Positions 1-9,958 of a stretch of 64,000 nucleotides of DNA are shown here, one piece after another. Numbering within the stretch: the stretch's first letter is position 1; the number at the start of each line of letters is the position of its first letter. This stretch comes from Escherichia phage HMD-9, in sequence record PV287714.1. One strand, written 5' to 3'. The notes below the pieces were generated by a model. The model saw only the letters and a program-made list of their open reading frames with translations. It was not told the DNA's origin and did not search any database. Both the position numbers and the translations under genes were made by a program.

Positions 1-2004
1 CGTCCAGATGTCATGACCGATGGTATCTTTTCCACCGTTGAAATATACACCCTGTAATGAACTAACCATATTAGCGAGTCGTGTATATTCTTCAGAAACT
101 TCATCTACACTGAAGTACTTCATCATAAAATCTAACTCAGGATACTTGATAATTTTATCAATATATCGTTTAGCTGAACTTGAATAACCTACATACTTAT
201 CATAATCTACATCATCAAAAGCATCTACATATAAATCACGCAAAGTTTCAAAAATACATTGACACTGACCAAGTTCTTTTACCTTTTTCTGTAAAAGTGG
301 ACGAATAACATAAAATTCATTAATGCCAATAAGATTAGCCATACGAATCAAAATATTCGTAGATGGATGACAAAGCGATGTAGTACCATCCATAGAGAAA
401 ATATCAGAACGATGCATGTATGCTACATAACCAGTAATTTCATCTGCTTCTGACGTAAGTGTAAACAACTCCTCTTTTTCCCAGCGCCCGTCTTTAATTT
501 CAAACTTAAATGCAGTAGCAGTTTTAGGACGAGGAGCTGTACTTTTTACTACCTTTGGAATATAACTTTTAACTAAAGCTTCAATTTCTGACAAATAATG
601 AATGTTAACTTCATCACTTTCAAACATTGCCATAATATCAGGAAGCAAATCAATCTGCGATTCTACTTCCGGATTAATAAACAGAAGCCGCTCATTGTGA
701 TGAATATTTAAGGTGTTATTAAATTCGCTATCATCTAATGCACGTGCTAATCCACGAACAATATTAACACGATTTTTAATATTATCAATAACAATATTAA
801 TTTTTGTCGTATTAATACCAAACAGACGATAGCTTGACGCAACGGCTGAAGTTTCATGGCTTTGCTTAATGCGTTTCAGTCGAGGGTCAAGATTTACTTC
901 ATACACAACCCCTGCATTGCATAACTTACTGTCAGGTTCAAACATGCTTTGCATCTTTTTATATGACAGATTTTTAGTCGTGAATTTGACCGAATTACTA
1001 ATCATATAATCTCGAGCAGAATATCCCATCTTCATCAATTCACGGTATGTATGACGAGGAGATGTAGATTCTTTAAATCGTTTTACATCTTCATTAAATG
1101 CCTTTTCACTGAGCTCTTTAACACGCTCAATAATATTTTTACGAGTACGATCATCTAGTGAAAGAGCTTCGCGTGATGGAGCAATATCAAGTGAACCCAT
1201 TGGAAACTTAATGTAATTCACTTCATTGCGAATGCTTAACCAGTTACGGTCTCTAATAACACCATCGATAGGATAAACAATACCGCCATAGATAGCGTAC
1301 AATCCACCACGATCTGGCCAGTATCTTTCTGGATTTACACCGTAATAGTCATCAAAATCCGGAAAATAATCAATTTCGCGGTCAAGACCATTAATGATAG
1401 CCAAATCTTTGAATGGTCGCATGATATAAGAAACTTCATAAGCAAAGTTTCTAAAGTCTTTTTCTTCAACTGGAACTACGATTTCAATACCAGTTTTATC
1501 ATCTGGACCCATTTCTTTTACGAATGTAGGTTTAATCTGCGGACCATCACCATCCATGTAAGCTACATAACCGCGAATTTCACCTTTATGATATGAAGTA
1601 ATACTAAATGTATCAGTATAACTAAACGGAGATTTAGAACCTAAACCAAATCCACCAATAAAATCGTTAGATTCAGCCTTAGATGAACTAAAGTATGAAT
1701 TATACAACCCAGGAGAATTATCATCACCCTGAATATCAAAATCGCTCATACCTGGACCAAAATCTCGACAAACAAATCGCGGATCTAATCGTCCTGGAAC
1801 TTGAATGATAAATTTTTCAGGATTTCCATTAAGAGCATGGGCATCAATCATGTTGGTAATCAATTCACGGACTACTGCGCGAATCTTGTTTGTATACAAA
1901 TCAGATGACAGAATTTTAAATACTTTAGGAGACGCTGTGATGCTAAATGCTTTTGATTTAGAACCATTACCAAGAATTGTTTCTTTTTCAGTGGTGATAA
2001 TCAT
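1..2004 (-). CDS. rIIA: rIIA protein, partial (N-terminal 668 codons; 3' end lies beyond window start)
   Basis: Uninterrupted minus-strand frame from ATG at 2002-2004 ([14 protein letters not shown]...) to position 1; GAGGAAA SD upstream; recognised as T-even rIIA from memory. Confidence 0.85.
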   Translation of the reverse strand, partial: MIITTEKETILGNGSKSKAFSITASPKVFKILSSDLYTNKIRAVVRELITNMIDAHALNGNPEKFIIQVPGRLDPRFVCRDFGPGMSDFDIQGDDNSPGLYNSYFSSSKAESNDFIGGFGLGSKSPFSYTDTFSITSYHKGEIRGYVAYMDGDGPQIKPTFVKEMGPDDKTGIEIVVPVEEKDFRNFAYEVSYIMRPFKDLAIINGLDREIDYFPDFDDYYGVNPERYWPDRGGLYAIYGGIVYPIDGVIRDRNWLSIRNEVNYIKFPMGSLDIAPSREALSLDDRTRKNIIERVKELSEKAFNEDVKRFKESTSPRHTYRELMKMGYSARDYMISNSVKFTTKNLSYKKMQSMFEPDSKLCNAGVVYEVNLDPRLKRIKQSHETSAVASSYRLFGINTTKINIVIDNIKNRVNIVRGLARALDDSEFNNTLNIHHNERLLFINPEVESQIDLLPDIMAMFESDEVNIHYLSEIEALVKSYIPKVVKSTAPRPKTATAFKFEIKDGRWEKEELFTLTSEADEITGYVAYMHRSDIFSMDGTTSLCHPSTNILIRMANLIGINEFYVIRPLLQKKVKELGQCQCIFETLRDLYVDAFDDVDYDKYVGYSSSAKRYIDKIIKYPELDFMMKYFSVDEVSEEYTRLANMVSSLQGVYFNGGKDTIGHDIWT

Positions 2005-2014
2005 AATTTCCTCA

Positions 2015-2218
2015 TTAATTCATATTGCGTTTAATAACTTCAGCAACTTCTAGTAGTTCATCTTTAGTTGCGGTGTCGGATTGAATTTTATCTCTAATAT
2101 TCTTAAAGCGGTTTTTAAACTCTTCGGCTTCTCCCATATCGAAAAAGCGTTGAATGATTCTATATTCTCGATGAACTGCTTTATCAAAAAGTTCTAAATT
2201 TACTTTATATGATTTCAT
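2015..2218 (-). CDS. small early protein (rIIA.1-like position)
   Basis: 67-aa track ORF with GAGGA SD, immediately downstream of an early promoter and 10 nt upstream of rIIA. Confidence 0.55.
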   Translation of the reverse strand: MKSYKVNLELFDKAVHREYRIIQRFFDMGEAEEFKNRFKNIRDKIQSDTATKDELLEVAEVIKRNMN

Positions 2219-2243
2219 TTCAATATCCTCATTTGCCTAATTA

Positions 2244-2273
2244 ATTATACCACATCCTTGTGGTAAAGTAAAC
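2244..2273 (-). promoter_or_regulatory. T4-type early promoter (GTTTAC -35, 18-bp spacer, TATAAT -10)
   Basis: Reverse complement reads GTTTACtttaccacaaggatgtggTATAAT; near-identical copy at 46938-46967. Confidence 0.6.
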
Positions 2274-4093
2274 TACTGGCTCATCCATTCTTTACGAAGG
2301 TCAGCATTATCTCCCATGAGCATTTCAAAAAGCTCTTTCCAATTCTCAGGAAGTTTAACAACATCATATACTGGATTTTGAATCATCTCACGATATTCAG
2401 ATTTTTCCAAAGAGCCAAGTCCCTTAATATAACGGATGCTATGTTTAGGTAGAGCATCTTTAGCACTCTCATATTCAGCGACTGTATAAAACCATTCTTG
2501 TTTTTTACCGACCTGAGCGATGATTACAGGAGTTTTGACAAAGCGAATTCTTCCTTGTTCAAACAGTTCTGGCCAATTACTAAAAAATCCGAGCAAAGAA
2601 GGATAAATGCTTCCTAGACCATCATGGTCAGCATCGGTCATAATAGCAATATTATGATAATTCAAGTTTTCGGCTTTTTCACCAAGAACTAATCCAGTGA
2701 TTGCGCAAATATCAAACAGTTCTTTGTTTTTAAGCATATCAGCATATGACATACCCCAACTGTTGAGAACTTTACCACGCAATGGATAACCGCCATGAAG
2801 TTCTTTATCACGAACATCAATAAGATATCCAATAGCCGAATCACCCTCAGTCAAGAAAAGAGTAGTGTCAGCATCTTTACCACAAAGATTCGCTTTAATA
2901 TGTTTATGAACCTTAGCTTTAGAAACCTTTTTAGCTGCTTTAGTTTCTGCTGCTTTTTCTGCCGCCAATTTACGAGCCAAGGCAGCTTCAATAATTGGCA
3001 TTAAAATTGCTTCATTATTTAAAATAGCACGTGAAATCTTTTTAGCATCAAGCTGAATATGACTACGAATTTCACCAAATGGAGAAGTCAGACGCTCTTT
3101 AGTTTGAGAGTCAAATCGCATGTTTTTCATATCACGAACAAACATAACGATAGTCAAACATTCTTTAACACGTGCTTTAGTTACGTCAATTTTAAATTTA
3201 CGTTTGATTTGTGGAATAAGGTCTTCACAAATATCATCCATAACACAATCAATATGATGGCCACCATTCTTAGTATGAATGTTATTGACGTATGTTAATT
3301 GACGAAAACCATCCGGCGAACGACCAACCGCAATAGAACAGTTTTCTTGTTCTTGAACGATAGCATGCTCATCATATTGGCGTGCATATTTCTTAAAATT
3401 ACCCTGAACCTTTTTACCATTAAAGGTAAATTGAATATCAGGATAAACTACTGCAAGTGTCTGGAGACGATCCAGTGTAATGTCAAGATAAACTTGAGAC
3501 AGCTCATTAGTTTCAAATGACATAAAATCAGGAATGAAAGTAACGCGAGTTCCTTTCCATTTTCCAGGAATATCTTCCCACGATTTATTTTCCATGCCGT
3601 TTGAACAACGAACTACAATATTATTTTGACCGTCGCCAGTTTCACCGACAAACATCACAGAAAAAATGTTAGTTAAACTAGAGCCAACACCGTTCATACC
3701 GCCAGTGACGCGTTCTTTGTCATCACCGAAGTTACCACCTGCTTTTGGAATAGTCCAGGCAGCAACAGGACCAGGAATTTCTTCACCGGTAGGTGTTTTA
3801 ACCATCGCCTGTGGAATACCACGACCGTTATCTTCAACTGTTACTTGATTGTTTTTGATAGTAACATTAATTTTATTTGCGAATTTAAACTTAGTACGAA
3901 TACCTTCATCTACTGAGTTATCGATAATTTCATCAATAAGCTTAACAAGACCAGGTACATACTGAACACTTTCCCATTTACCAAACAGAAAGCGCTCATG
4001 CATTTCATTAGCAGAAGAACCAATGTACATGCCGCTACGCTTTTTGATATGTTCAATATCGCTCAGAATTTTAATTTCATTCTTAATCATCAC
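2273..4093 (-). CDS. 39: DNA topoisomerase II large subunit gp39, unsplit 606-aa form (GyrB-like ATPase plus the part that is gene 60 in T4)
   Basis: 606-aa track ORF; N-terminus MMIKNEIKILSDIEHIKKRSGMYIGS and EDNGRGIP GyrB motifs; continuous through the region split by gene 60 in T4. Confidence 0.9.
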   Translation of the reverse strand: MMIKNEIKILSDIEHIKKRSGMYIGSSANEMHERFLFGKWESVQYVPGLVKLIDEIIDNSVDEGIRTKFKFANKINVTIKNNQVTVEDNGRGIPQAMVKTPTGEEIPGPVAAWTIPKAGGNFGDDKERVTGGMNGVGSSLTNIFSVMFVGETGDGQNNIVVRCSNGMENKSWEDIPGKWKGTRVTFIPDFMSFETNELSQVYLDITLDRLQTLAVVYPDIQFTFNGKKVQGNFKKYARQYDEHAIVQEQENCSIAVGRSPDGFRQLTYVNNIHTKNGGHHIDCVMDDICEDLIPQIKRKFKIDVTKARVKECLTIVMFVRDMKNMRFDSQTKERLTSPFGEIRSHIQLDAKKISRAILNNEAILMPIIEAALARKLAAEKAAETKAAKKVSKAKVHKHIKANLCGKDADTTLFLTEGDSAIGYLIDVRDKELHGGYPLRGKVLNSWGMSYADMLKNKELFDICAITGLVLGEKAENLNYHNIAIMTDADHDGLGSIYPSLLGFFSNWPELFEQGRIRFVKTPVIIAQVGKKQEWFYTVAEYESAKDALPKHSIRYIKGLGSLEKSEYREMIQNPVYDVVKLPENWKELFEMLMGDNADLRKEWMSQ

Positions 4094-4142
4094 TTATCCT
4101 CGTTTGGTTTCGGGAATATTATACTCCAATAATCATAAAGCT

Positions 4143-4160
4143 AAAGGCCCGAAGGCCTTT
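4143..4160 (-). terminator. GC stem-loop with UUCG tetraloop (intercistronic hairpin/terminator) followed by TTGGAGTATAAT and gene 39 RBS
   Basis: aaaggcc-cgaa-ggccttt on plus strand, flanked by T run; same hairpin class recurs at least 8 times in window. Confidence 0.5.
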
Positions 4161-4432
4161 TATTTAAAACGAATAGTTGAATCCTTAAAGAACAGCCCAG
4201 AACATACAGTTCCTTCTACTTTCTGCCCGGTAGGTCCAATAGCACGAAATCCAGTGTGTTGGAAATCATTTTCAGAGCAACCGAACCAATTATATCCAGT
4301 GATTTCAATATTAGTAAAACCACTTGAAGACAAAACTTTGGTTGCATTATCAGCATCAGTACATCCTATTAAAGACACTGCTAATACTAATGCTGCGATA
4401 GAACGATTAACATATTTCATAATTTCACTCAA
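4160..4432 (-). CDS. predicted lipoprotein
   Basis: 90-aa track ORF; signal peptide and lipobox (LVLAVSLIGC). Confidence 0.6.
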   Translation of the reverse strand: MSEIMKYVNRSIAALVLAVSLIGCTDADNATKVLSSSGFTNIEITGYNWFGCSENDFQHTGFRAIGPTGQKVEGTVCSGLFFKDSTIRFK

Positions 4433-4802
4433 ATTTAATGGCTTGAAGAAGACTAATAACTCTCAAGCGGCTTCTTTCATCTTTAACTGTAAAGGAAAGA
4501 GGGTCACCAGATTTCATAGTGATAGTGCATCCAAAATCAAAATTTTCGGGAACTTCTTCGAAGAAGTCAAATTCTTCAGCATAAATTAGAACATTACTCT
4601 GCATACTGTGAAGAATTTTTCCGTCATTTCCAGATGCTGTACTAATCATCGTAACATTATGGCCTTTCATATCTTCAACGATAAATTCGCTTGTAGATAT
4701 TACAGCATTAATAGAACCATTCCTATAAATAGCAGACATTAGATATTTCTTTTCTTCGCCTTCGCGAATACGATATTTCTTACCGATTTTAAACATAATC
4801 AC
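4425..4802 (-). CDS. hypothetical early protein
   Basis: 125-aa track ORF in operon context; no recognisable motif. Confidence 0.5.
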   Translation of the reverse strand: MIMFKIGKKYRIREGEEKKYLMSAIYRNGSINAVISTSEFIVEDMKGHNVTMISTASGNDGKILHSMQSNVLIYAEEFDFFEEVPENFDFGCTITMKSGDPLSFTVKDERSRLRVISLLQAIKFE

Positions 4803-4975
4803 CCTTTAAGTAAGTCGTAAAATCCACCATTCACATGCTTAGGAGCGGAAACTAACCGAATAGCAATCCGATGACAATCAGGACATACATCAGTATCCCT
4901 TTCAGAAATTTTCTTGATTTTTTCGTATTCTTTTGCGCAGTCTTTGGATTGACATTTATAATCATAAAGAGGCAT
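4799..4975 (-). CDS. small zinc-ribbon protein (CxxC...CxxC), 58 aa
   Basis: ORF below track cutoff: MPLYDYKCQSKDC...CPDCH; AAGGAA SD; stop overlaps next gene start. Confidence 0.45.
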   Translation of the reverse strand: MPLYDYKCQSKDCAKEYEKIKKISERDTDVCPDCHRIAIRLVSAPKHVNGGFYDLLKG

Positions 4976-4977
4976 AA

Positions 4978-5397
4978 TTATTCCTTAAAGTGAGCTTTCA
5001 ACATCTGATACAAAGACCATGCTTGTTCATTATTTTCAATAGTAACTTTCATTACCGGGAATTCTGTGAAATCTTCTATTTGTTCTTGCTCTTCCTGCTC
5101 TTGTTCTTCAGCAGCCTGATATGGATTTTCAACTTCATCAAAGAACCCAGCTTCGTTAGTAGAGAGCCAGATAAAGTTTTCATCAAGGATATCACCGCCG
5201 GCACAACGTTTGAGTACACCTATGGATGTCATAATTTTAGTAGGACGCCCAAGATAATCAGCATCTAAAATTTTAAAAGGTTCCATACCTAAACGTCGTG
5301 CATAGATTCCGTTATCAGTATGGTCTTTAATAAAATTTTCTTGAGCTTGTTTATTTTTAAATTGATACCATTTATTAACTTCAAATTTAATAGCCAT
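4978..5397 (-). CDS. hypothetical acidic protein with EQ-repeat (goF-like position)
   Basis: 139-aa track ORF; [10 protein letters not shown] tract; position matches goF in T4 gene order (memory only). Confidence 0.55.
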   Translation of the reverse strand: MAIKFEVNKWYQFKNKQAQENFIKDHTDNGIYARRLGMEPFKILDADYLGRPTKIMTSIGVLKRCAGGDILDENFIWLSTNEAGFFDEVENPYQAAEEQEQEEQEQIEDFTEFPVMKVTIENNEQAWSLYQMLKAHFKE

Positions 5398-5612
5398 TAA
5401 TAAATTTCCTTCCAGTAAGTTGTGCCATCTTCAGTAATTTCACGAAATACACCATAAATTGGCTGTTTATCACCGACTTTCTCATACACATAAACCGAAG
5501 TCAAGTGAGTAAACTTGCTAGTATGTTCCTTTTGAACTACTACCAAATCTGGATCGAATAATACATCTTCAAATTCATCATTAGTGCAATTCTGAACAAT
5601 TTTACGTTTCAT
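5397..5612 (-). CDS. hypothetical 71-aa protein (cef-like position)
   Basis: 71-aa track ORF adjacent to motB; size and position match T4 cef from memory. Confidence 0.5.
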   Translation of the reverse strand: MKRKIVQNCTNDEFEDVLFDPDLVVVQKEHTSKFTHLTSVYVYEKVGDKQPIYGVFREITEDGTTYWKEIY

Positions 5613-5702
5613 TACAATTTCCTCATTAATTGAACATTGGAGCGATGCGTTTCAGAAGAGTATCAACACCTTTAGCGAATTTCCATTTTATTCTCCAAGT
5701 TG

Positions 5703-5745
5703 TTTTCTGTATCAGTAGTTGATATTGATATAGTACCATAATCAA
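5703..5745 (-). repeat. 13-bp perfect inverted repeat forming a leader stem-loop (PeSL-like element)
   Basis: atcagtagttgat at 5703-5715 and atcaactactgat at 5733-5745; shares gtagttgat core with elements at 24231, 49900, 51337, 63781. Confidence 0.6.
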
Positions 5746-5773
5746 CTACTGATGTATATAGTTTTATGAAAAA
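5745..5773 (-). promoter_or_regulatory. early promoter variant (GTTTAA -35, TATACA -10)
   Basis: Reverse complement GTTTAAattttttcataaaactaTATACA immediately upstream of the inverted repeat. Confidence 0.45.
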
Positions 5774-5782
5774 ATTTAAACT

Positions 5783-6271
5783 TTATGCATAGAGAGCATT
5801 GCTATAGTGTTTAATCCAACTTTCAGGAATGACTTTGTATGTTCCTAAAAATACCACATTGTACAGCTTAACACCATCTTCTACCCATTGATCGGTAATG
5901 TATCCACACATAGCACGAGTATAAACAACCCTTCCATCGTCTTTGATAAAGTTAAATTCACAAGGAGCAACGAACTTGATAGCTTGACCGAGTTTCCACT
6001 TAAAGTCTACACCTACATGCGAAGTATCAATCGTTTCAATTCCTTTAGCAGGAACAGCTTTCAAAAACGCAGATTCAAGAAATTTCGCGCGAACATAACC
6101 AAACTGAGGTTTAGACTTTCCATCTTTAGGAATGATACGAACTTTTACTTCAGAATCTTCATCTTTAACGCCATGTTTAAGCTGAATGCTTACAATTTCG
6201 ACCAATTTTCCTGCTGCTTTAGAACGGGATTTATCAGATACACGAGCAATTTCACCAATATTAATAATCAT
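5783..6271 (-). CDS. motB: MotB-like early protein
   Basis: 162-aa track ORF, matches T4 MotB size and N-terminus from memory. Confidence 0.7.
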   Translation of the reverse strand: MIINIGEIARVSDKSRSKAAGKLVEIVSIQLKHGVKDEDSEVKVRIIPKDGKSKPQFGYVRAKFLESAFLKAVPAKGIETIDTSHVGVDFKWKLGQAIKFVAPCEFNFIKDDGRVVYTRAMCGYITDQWVEDGVKLYNVVFLGTYKVIPESWIKHYSNALYA

Positions 6272-6347
6272 AGTTATCTCTCACTTGTTAAAAAGATTTT
6301 ATACTCCACAGGACCATTATACTCTGGTCCCAAGAGTTTGTAAACTA

Positions 6348-6887
6348 TTAATTCAAAATAGCTACCACTGCACTACGAGGTACTACGCTAAAATCGCCTG
6401 CATGAACAACGTTCAGAAGTTCAACACCATCTTCAATCCATTGGTCAGTTACCCAACCACAGACCGAAATAAATGGGGTCTTAATAGCTACTGCACGAGT
6501 CAAAAGGTCAGTAGGATCAACTTCTTTGAAGAGGATAAGCTCTGCTTCAAAGACTATAGTTTTAATTACTTCATCATTATCTAAGCGTTGTGCTCGAATC
6601 ACGTAAGCTTTATTCTTATCATGCCAGTTACTTTTTGAAAAGCTTTTAACCACAAACTCGCCTTCACCAAAGACATTAGTCAATGCTTTATAACCTAAAT
6701 TTAGTTCAGTAGTTTTAATTTCAGTTTCAACCAGTTTGTAGGTTTTGCCGATTTCAATAGCGGTAGTCATAGTAGGTTCCTTAATTTCCAGTGGTTTAAC
6801 AGGGCATACATAAGTGCTTACAACATCAAAATCAATCAGTTTAGCTACCGGATTTGGCGTGTATTCAGGATTATAATTAAATTTCAT
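6348..6887 (-). CDS. MotB paralogue
   Basis: 179-aa track ORF; C-terminal block GWVTDQWIEDGVELLNVVHAG parallels GYITDQWVEDGVKLYNVVFLG of neighbouring MotB. Confidence 0.65.
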   Translation of the reverse strand: MKFNYNPEYTPNPVAKLIDFDVVSTYVCPVKPLEIKEPTMTTAIEIGKTYKLVETEIKTTELNLGYKALTNVFGEGEFVVKSFSKSNWHDKNKAYVIRAQRLDNDEVIKTIVFEAELILFKEVDPTDLLTRAVAIKTPFISVCGWVTDQWIEDGVELLNVVHAGDFSVVPRSAVVAILN

Positions 6888-6889
6888 AA

Positions 6890-7390
6890 TTATCTCATTT
6901 CAACAAAATCTATGAGTTCAGCATGCGATTTGCGGAACATTACTTGGTGCCCGCCAATGATAACTTCATCTTCAGGAACTTCGTATACAGCGAGATAAAA
7001 TCCTTTAGAAGATAATTCTTCCCGCTCTTCTCGTGTGAACCATCTCATCATATCATATTCACTAGCGAAAGCAAAATGATAAAGAGCTATAAACCATCCT
7101 GGAATATGATATTCTACTCCAACATAATCTTTCTTGAACTTAGTATTAATTACTATATTAGCGTTTTTAACTAATAGTTTATCTTCGTGTGGTAAAGGAA
7201 TTCTTTTATTATTATCGCTATGATGCATAAAATTAGGTCTATCATAACCTACGTGTAATAACCACTCTTCGCTCCATGAATCTATTATACTCCTGTACGG
7301 CGTTATTTGAACACAAAGATTTCGACGTATTGTTATAGCATCTTCATAATTAAGAATACTAAAAGATGATTCAACACGATAAATTTTCAT
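6890..7390 (-). CDS. hypothetical early protein, 166 aa
   Basis: Track ORF 6890-7429 trimmed to ATG at 7388-7390 (GAGGA SD); the longer start lies inside the promoter. Confidence 0.55.
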   Translation of the reverse strand: MKIYRVESSFSILNYEDAITIRRNLCVQITPYRSIIDSWSEEWLLHVGYDRPNFMHHSDNNKRIPLPHEDKLLVKNANIVINTKFKKDYVGVEYHIPGWFIALYHFAFASEYDMMRWFTREEREELSSKGFYLAVYEVPEDEVIIGGHQVMFRKSHAELIDFVEMR

Positions 7391-7417
7391 TTTATTATCC
7401 TCAGTAGCTATGGTGTT

Positions 7418-7447
7418 ATAATACCACAACTAACCGAGGAAGTAAAC
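7418..7447 (-). promoter_or_regulatory. T4-type early promoter
   Basis: Reverse complement GTTTACttcctcggttagttgtggTATTAT. Confidence 0.55.
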
Positions 7448-7453
7448 AACTTT

Positions 7454-8137
7454 TTATCGTTTTGTTGGAAGAGAAAGAGGATCGCACTCTTCCTCTGATG
7501 GAGCATCTTCAAGACCCATAGCATATCGCAAAGCATACTTCATCATCAGGATGTCTTTCGCACAGTCATGAATAGAATCATGTGCAACGAATCCATCTAA
7601 AGTTCCCTTTGGAAGAGGACATGTGGTCATATCACGAACAAGCAGAAGTGCTTCAATTCTGGTACGAATATCACGCTGATTCCAGAATTTACATGGTTCT
7701 AACTTAAATGTGTCAAGTTCATTCTCAGAAACGCCATTAAGACGTTGAATATCGCGAATGAGATCGATTAAAATTGGAAAATCAAACGACATTCCACGGC
7801 ACCAGCCTTGAGATTTCCAAGGATCGATGTTATGTGCATTGATGTAATCATTAAATTTTACAATACCATCGATAGTGCTTACATCTTCATCTGATGGCGC
7901 AATATTTTTTCGAGCTTCAGGAGACTGATTTTTCCACCATTCGATAGTGCTTTTAGTAAAAAGACGATGTCCTTTTTGGCTTTTTAAATCAAACTTGATT
8001 TTAATGCCGCGTGAAACTAATTCATCGAATGTTTCAACTACTTCTGGGTTAGGGTCAAAGGCAATAACAGCCAAATCAATAACAGCTGCCTTTTCACCGC
8101 TTCCCATTGTTTCAAAATCTATAATAAAATCAAACAT
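7454..8137 (-). CDS. dexA: exonuclease A (DexA)
   Basis: 227-aa track ORF, N-terminus MFDFIIDFETMG, DEDD-type exonuclease; matches T4 DexA length. Confidence 0.9.
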   Translation of the reverse strand: MFDFIIDFETMGSGEKAAVIDLAVIAFDPNPEVVETFDELVSRGIKIKFDLKSQKGHRLFTKSTIEWWKNQSPEARKNIAPSDEDVSTIDGIVKFNDYINAHNIDPWKSQGWCRGMSFDFPILIDLIRDIQRLNGVSENELDTFKLEPCKFWNQRDIRTRIEALLLVRDMTTCPLPKGTLDGFVAHDSIHDCAKDILMMKYALRYAMGLEDAPSEEECDPLSLPTKR

Positions 8138-8412
8138 TAAATTTTCCTCGCTAAATCGCGAATTTGACCTACAGTATAATCTTGGATATAAACTTTATTA
8201 ATGGGCTCATCAATAAATTTTGTCATAGATTCAATATCTTTTTGTATCTCTTCAAGACTGTATACTATCTTTAAAGCTTTTTCGCGAATAGTAACATTAT
8301 CAGGTCCTGAATTTTCTTGAATGACAGCTTTAACATTTGCCACAAGAGATTTAAACTGATGCAAACTTAATTCAATCATTAATAACCGCCTTATAAAGAT
8401 GGCTAATTTCAC
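8137..8412 (-). CDS. hypothetical protein, member of tandem paralogue pair
   Basis: 91-aa track ORF; similar spacing pattern to adjacent 86-aa ORF. Confidence 0.5.
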   Translation of the reverse strand: MKLAIFIRRLLMIELSLHQFKSLVANVKAVIQENSGPDNVTIREKALKIVYSLEEIQKDIESMTKFIDEPINKVYIQDYTVGQIRDLARKI

Positions 8413-8632
8413 CTAAAACATAATCACTGATTGTAACAGTTTTCACTTCACCGCAAAAGAATTCTAATGCAATCAAATCTCGTTCAATTTCTTCCAATTG
8501 AAGCATTAACTTACTAGACTCAATTTTTACAGTTTCATAATTTTTACTGTAAGATATTTCATAAATTTCGCTTACTTTATCTTGAAGCAGATAAAACTGG
8601 TCTTTAGTTATTTCCACGAATAGCTTCCTCAA
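8372..8632 (-). CDS. hypothetical protein, member of tandem paralogue pair
   Basis: 86-aa track ORF overlapping downstream gene. Confidence 0.5.
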   Translation of the reverse strand: MRKLFVEITKDQFYLLQDKVSEIYEISYSKNYETVKIESSKLMLQLEEIERDLIALEFFCGEVKTVTISDYVLGEISHLYKAVIND

Positions 8633-8638
8633 ATTTAA

Positions 8639-9958
8639 TCATACGTAAAACACATCATAACGACCACGAGTGACACCAACATAAAGAAGCTGCTGTGCTA
8701 GTTCAGCATCTGCATAATGAATACAAGGCGTATAAATGAAAGCACGGTCTACAGACATGCCCTGTGCTTTATGGAATGTTGATGCAGGAAGTGCTTTCAC
8801 TTTACTAAACTGTGATTTAGCATCCCAAAAATCACTCCACGGAGCTTTTCCGCCTTTATTCCAATTTTTATAAGTTTCTGCCGTTTTACCTAAAAATAAG
8901 TTAAACTTATACAGCTCTTCATCAGATGAAATTATTTTAATCTTTTCACGATAATATTCATCATCGCCGTAAGTTTCTACTGTTAAATCCCAATGACGAA
9001 TTAAGTATTCTCCAGAAACACCACGAGCTTTAACAAAGGTTGATGTATACTCTGCTTCTATAATACGAACTAATTGTCCGTTATTAAAAATAATTTCTGA
9101 CACAGGCTTTCCATCAATTTTATATGTTTTAATTAATGGTTCCTGCATTACAATAATTTCACCAACGATAAAATCTTTATCAGTTTCAAAAATCTTTTTA
9201 CGAATAATGCTATTTAACTTGTCAACAGATTTATTCGTAAATGCCATTACACGATTTTCAAACAAATCATCTAGTGATTTTACGATTGAAAAATAATTTA
9301 CCATAAAATCGCGTAAAGCGGTATCACCAGTAAATCCACGTACTCCATGTCCGTCAACAATTTTATCATAAATCCACTTACCATTACGAACATCAGTAGC
9401 TACATCAATAATAGGAGCATTACTGCGTTTAACTTCAGTGAGTTCACACTGATAAAAATCTTTGTGCGTAAAGAATGGACTGATATAAGCAGTGTTTTCT
9501 CCTGGGTCAACAGGTCTAATTTGCTTATTATCGCCTATTCCAATTATAGTACACCAAGGTGGAATAGTTGAAAGCAGAATTTTAAATAGCTTTCTATCAT
9601 ACATTGATACTTCGTCGCAGATTAATACTCTGCATTTAGCCAAATCCGGTACTTCTTTTTGCTCAAAAAGAACATTTTCTTCGTATGTTACTGGGTTAAT
9701 TTTAAGAATACTGTGAATAGTACTCGCTTCTTTCCCTGACAGTTTTGAAAGAATCTTTTTAGCTGCATGAGTAGGAGCTGCTAAAATAATGCCAGTTTCG
9801 CCCGTAGATATTAAAGCTTCAATGATGAACTTAGTAAGAGTAGTCTTACCGGTACCAGCAGGTCCATTAATAGTTACATGATGTTTCTTTTCTTTAATAG
9901 CCCTCATAACGATGTTAAAGGCATTTTTCTGGCCTTCTGTCAAATCATCAAATGTCAT
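8639..9958 (-). CDS. dda: Dda DNA helicase (SF1)
   Basis: 439-aa track ORF; Walker A GPAGTGKT; length and sequence match T4 Dda. Confidence 0.95.
   Translation of the reverse strand: MTFDDLTEGQKNAFNIVMRAIKEKKHHVTINGPAGTGKTTLTKFIIEALISTGETGIILAAPTHAAKKILSKLSGKEASTIHSILKINPVTYEENVLFEQKEVPDLAKCRVLICDEVSMYDRKLFKILLSTIPPWCTIIGIGDNKQIRPVDPGENTAYISPFFTHKDFYQCELTEVKRSNAPIIDVATDVRNGKWIYDKIVDGHGVRGFTGDTALRDFMVNYFSIVKSLDDLFENRVMAFTNKSVDKLNSIIRKKIFETDKDFIVGEIIVMQEPLIKTYKIDGKPVSEIIFNNGQLVRIIEAEYTSTFVKARGVSGEYLIRHWDLTVETYGDDEYYREKIKIISSDEELYKFNLFLGKTAETYKNWNKGGKAPWSDFWDAKSQFSKVKALPASTFHKAQGMSVDRAFIYTPCIHYADAELAQQLLYVGVTRGRYDVFYV

Noticed and set aside
4023-4589. 188-aa plus-strand track ORF
   Set aside because: It lies antisense to the gene 39 start, the lipoprotein gene and the next gene, has no Shine-Dalgarno, and is typical of a spurious antisense ORF in AT-rich DNA.
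5888-6584. Plus-strand track ORFs of 151 and 132 aa
   Set aside because: Antisense to the MotB and MotB-paralogue genes; low-complexity Asn/Phe/Ser-rich translations.
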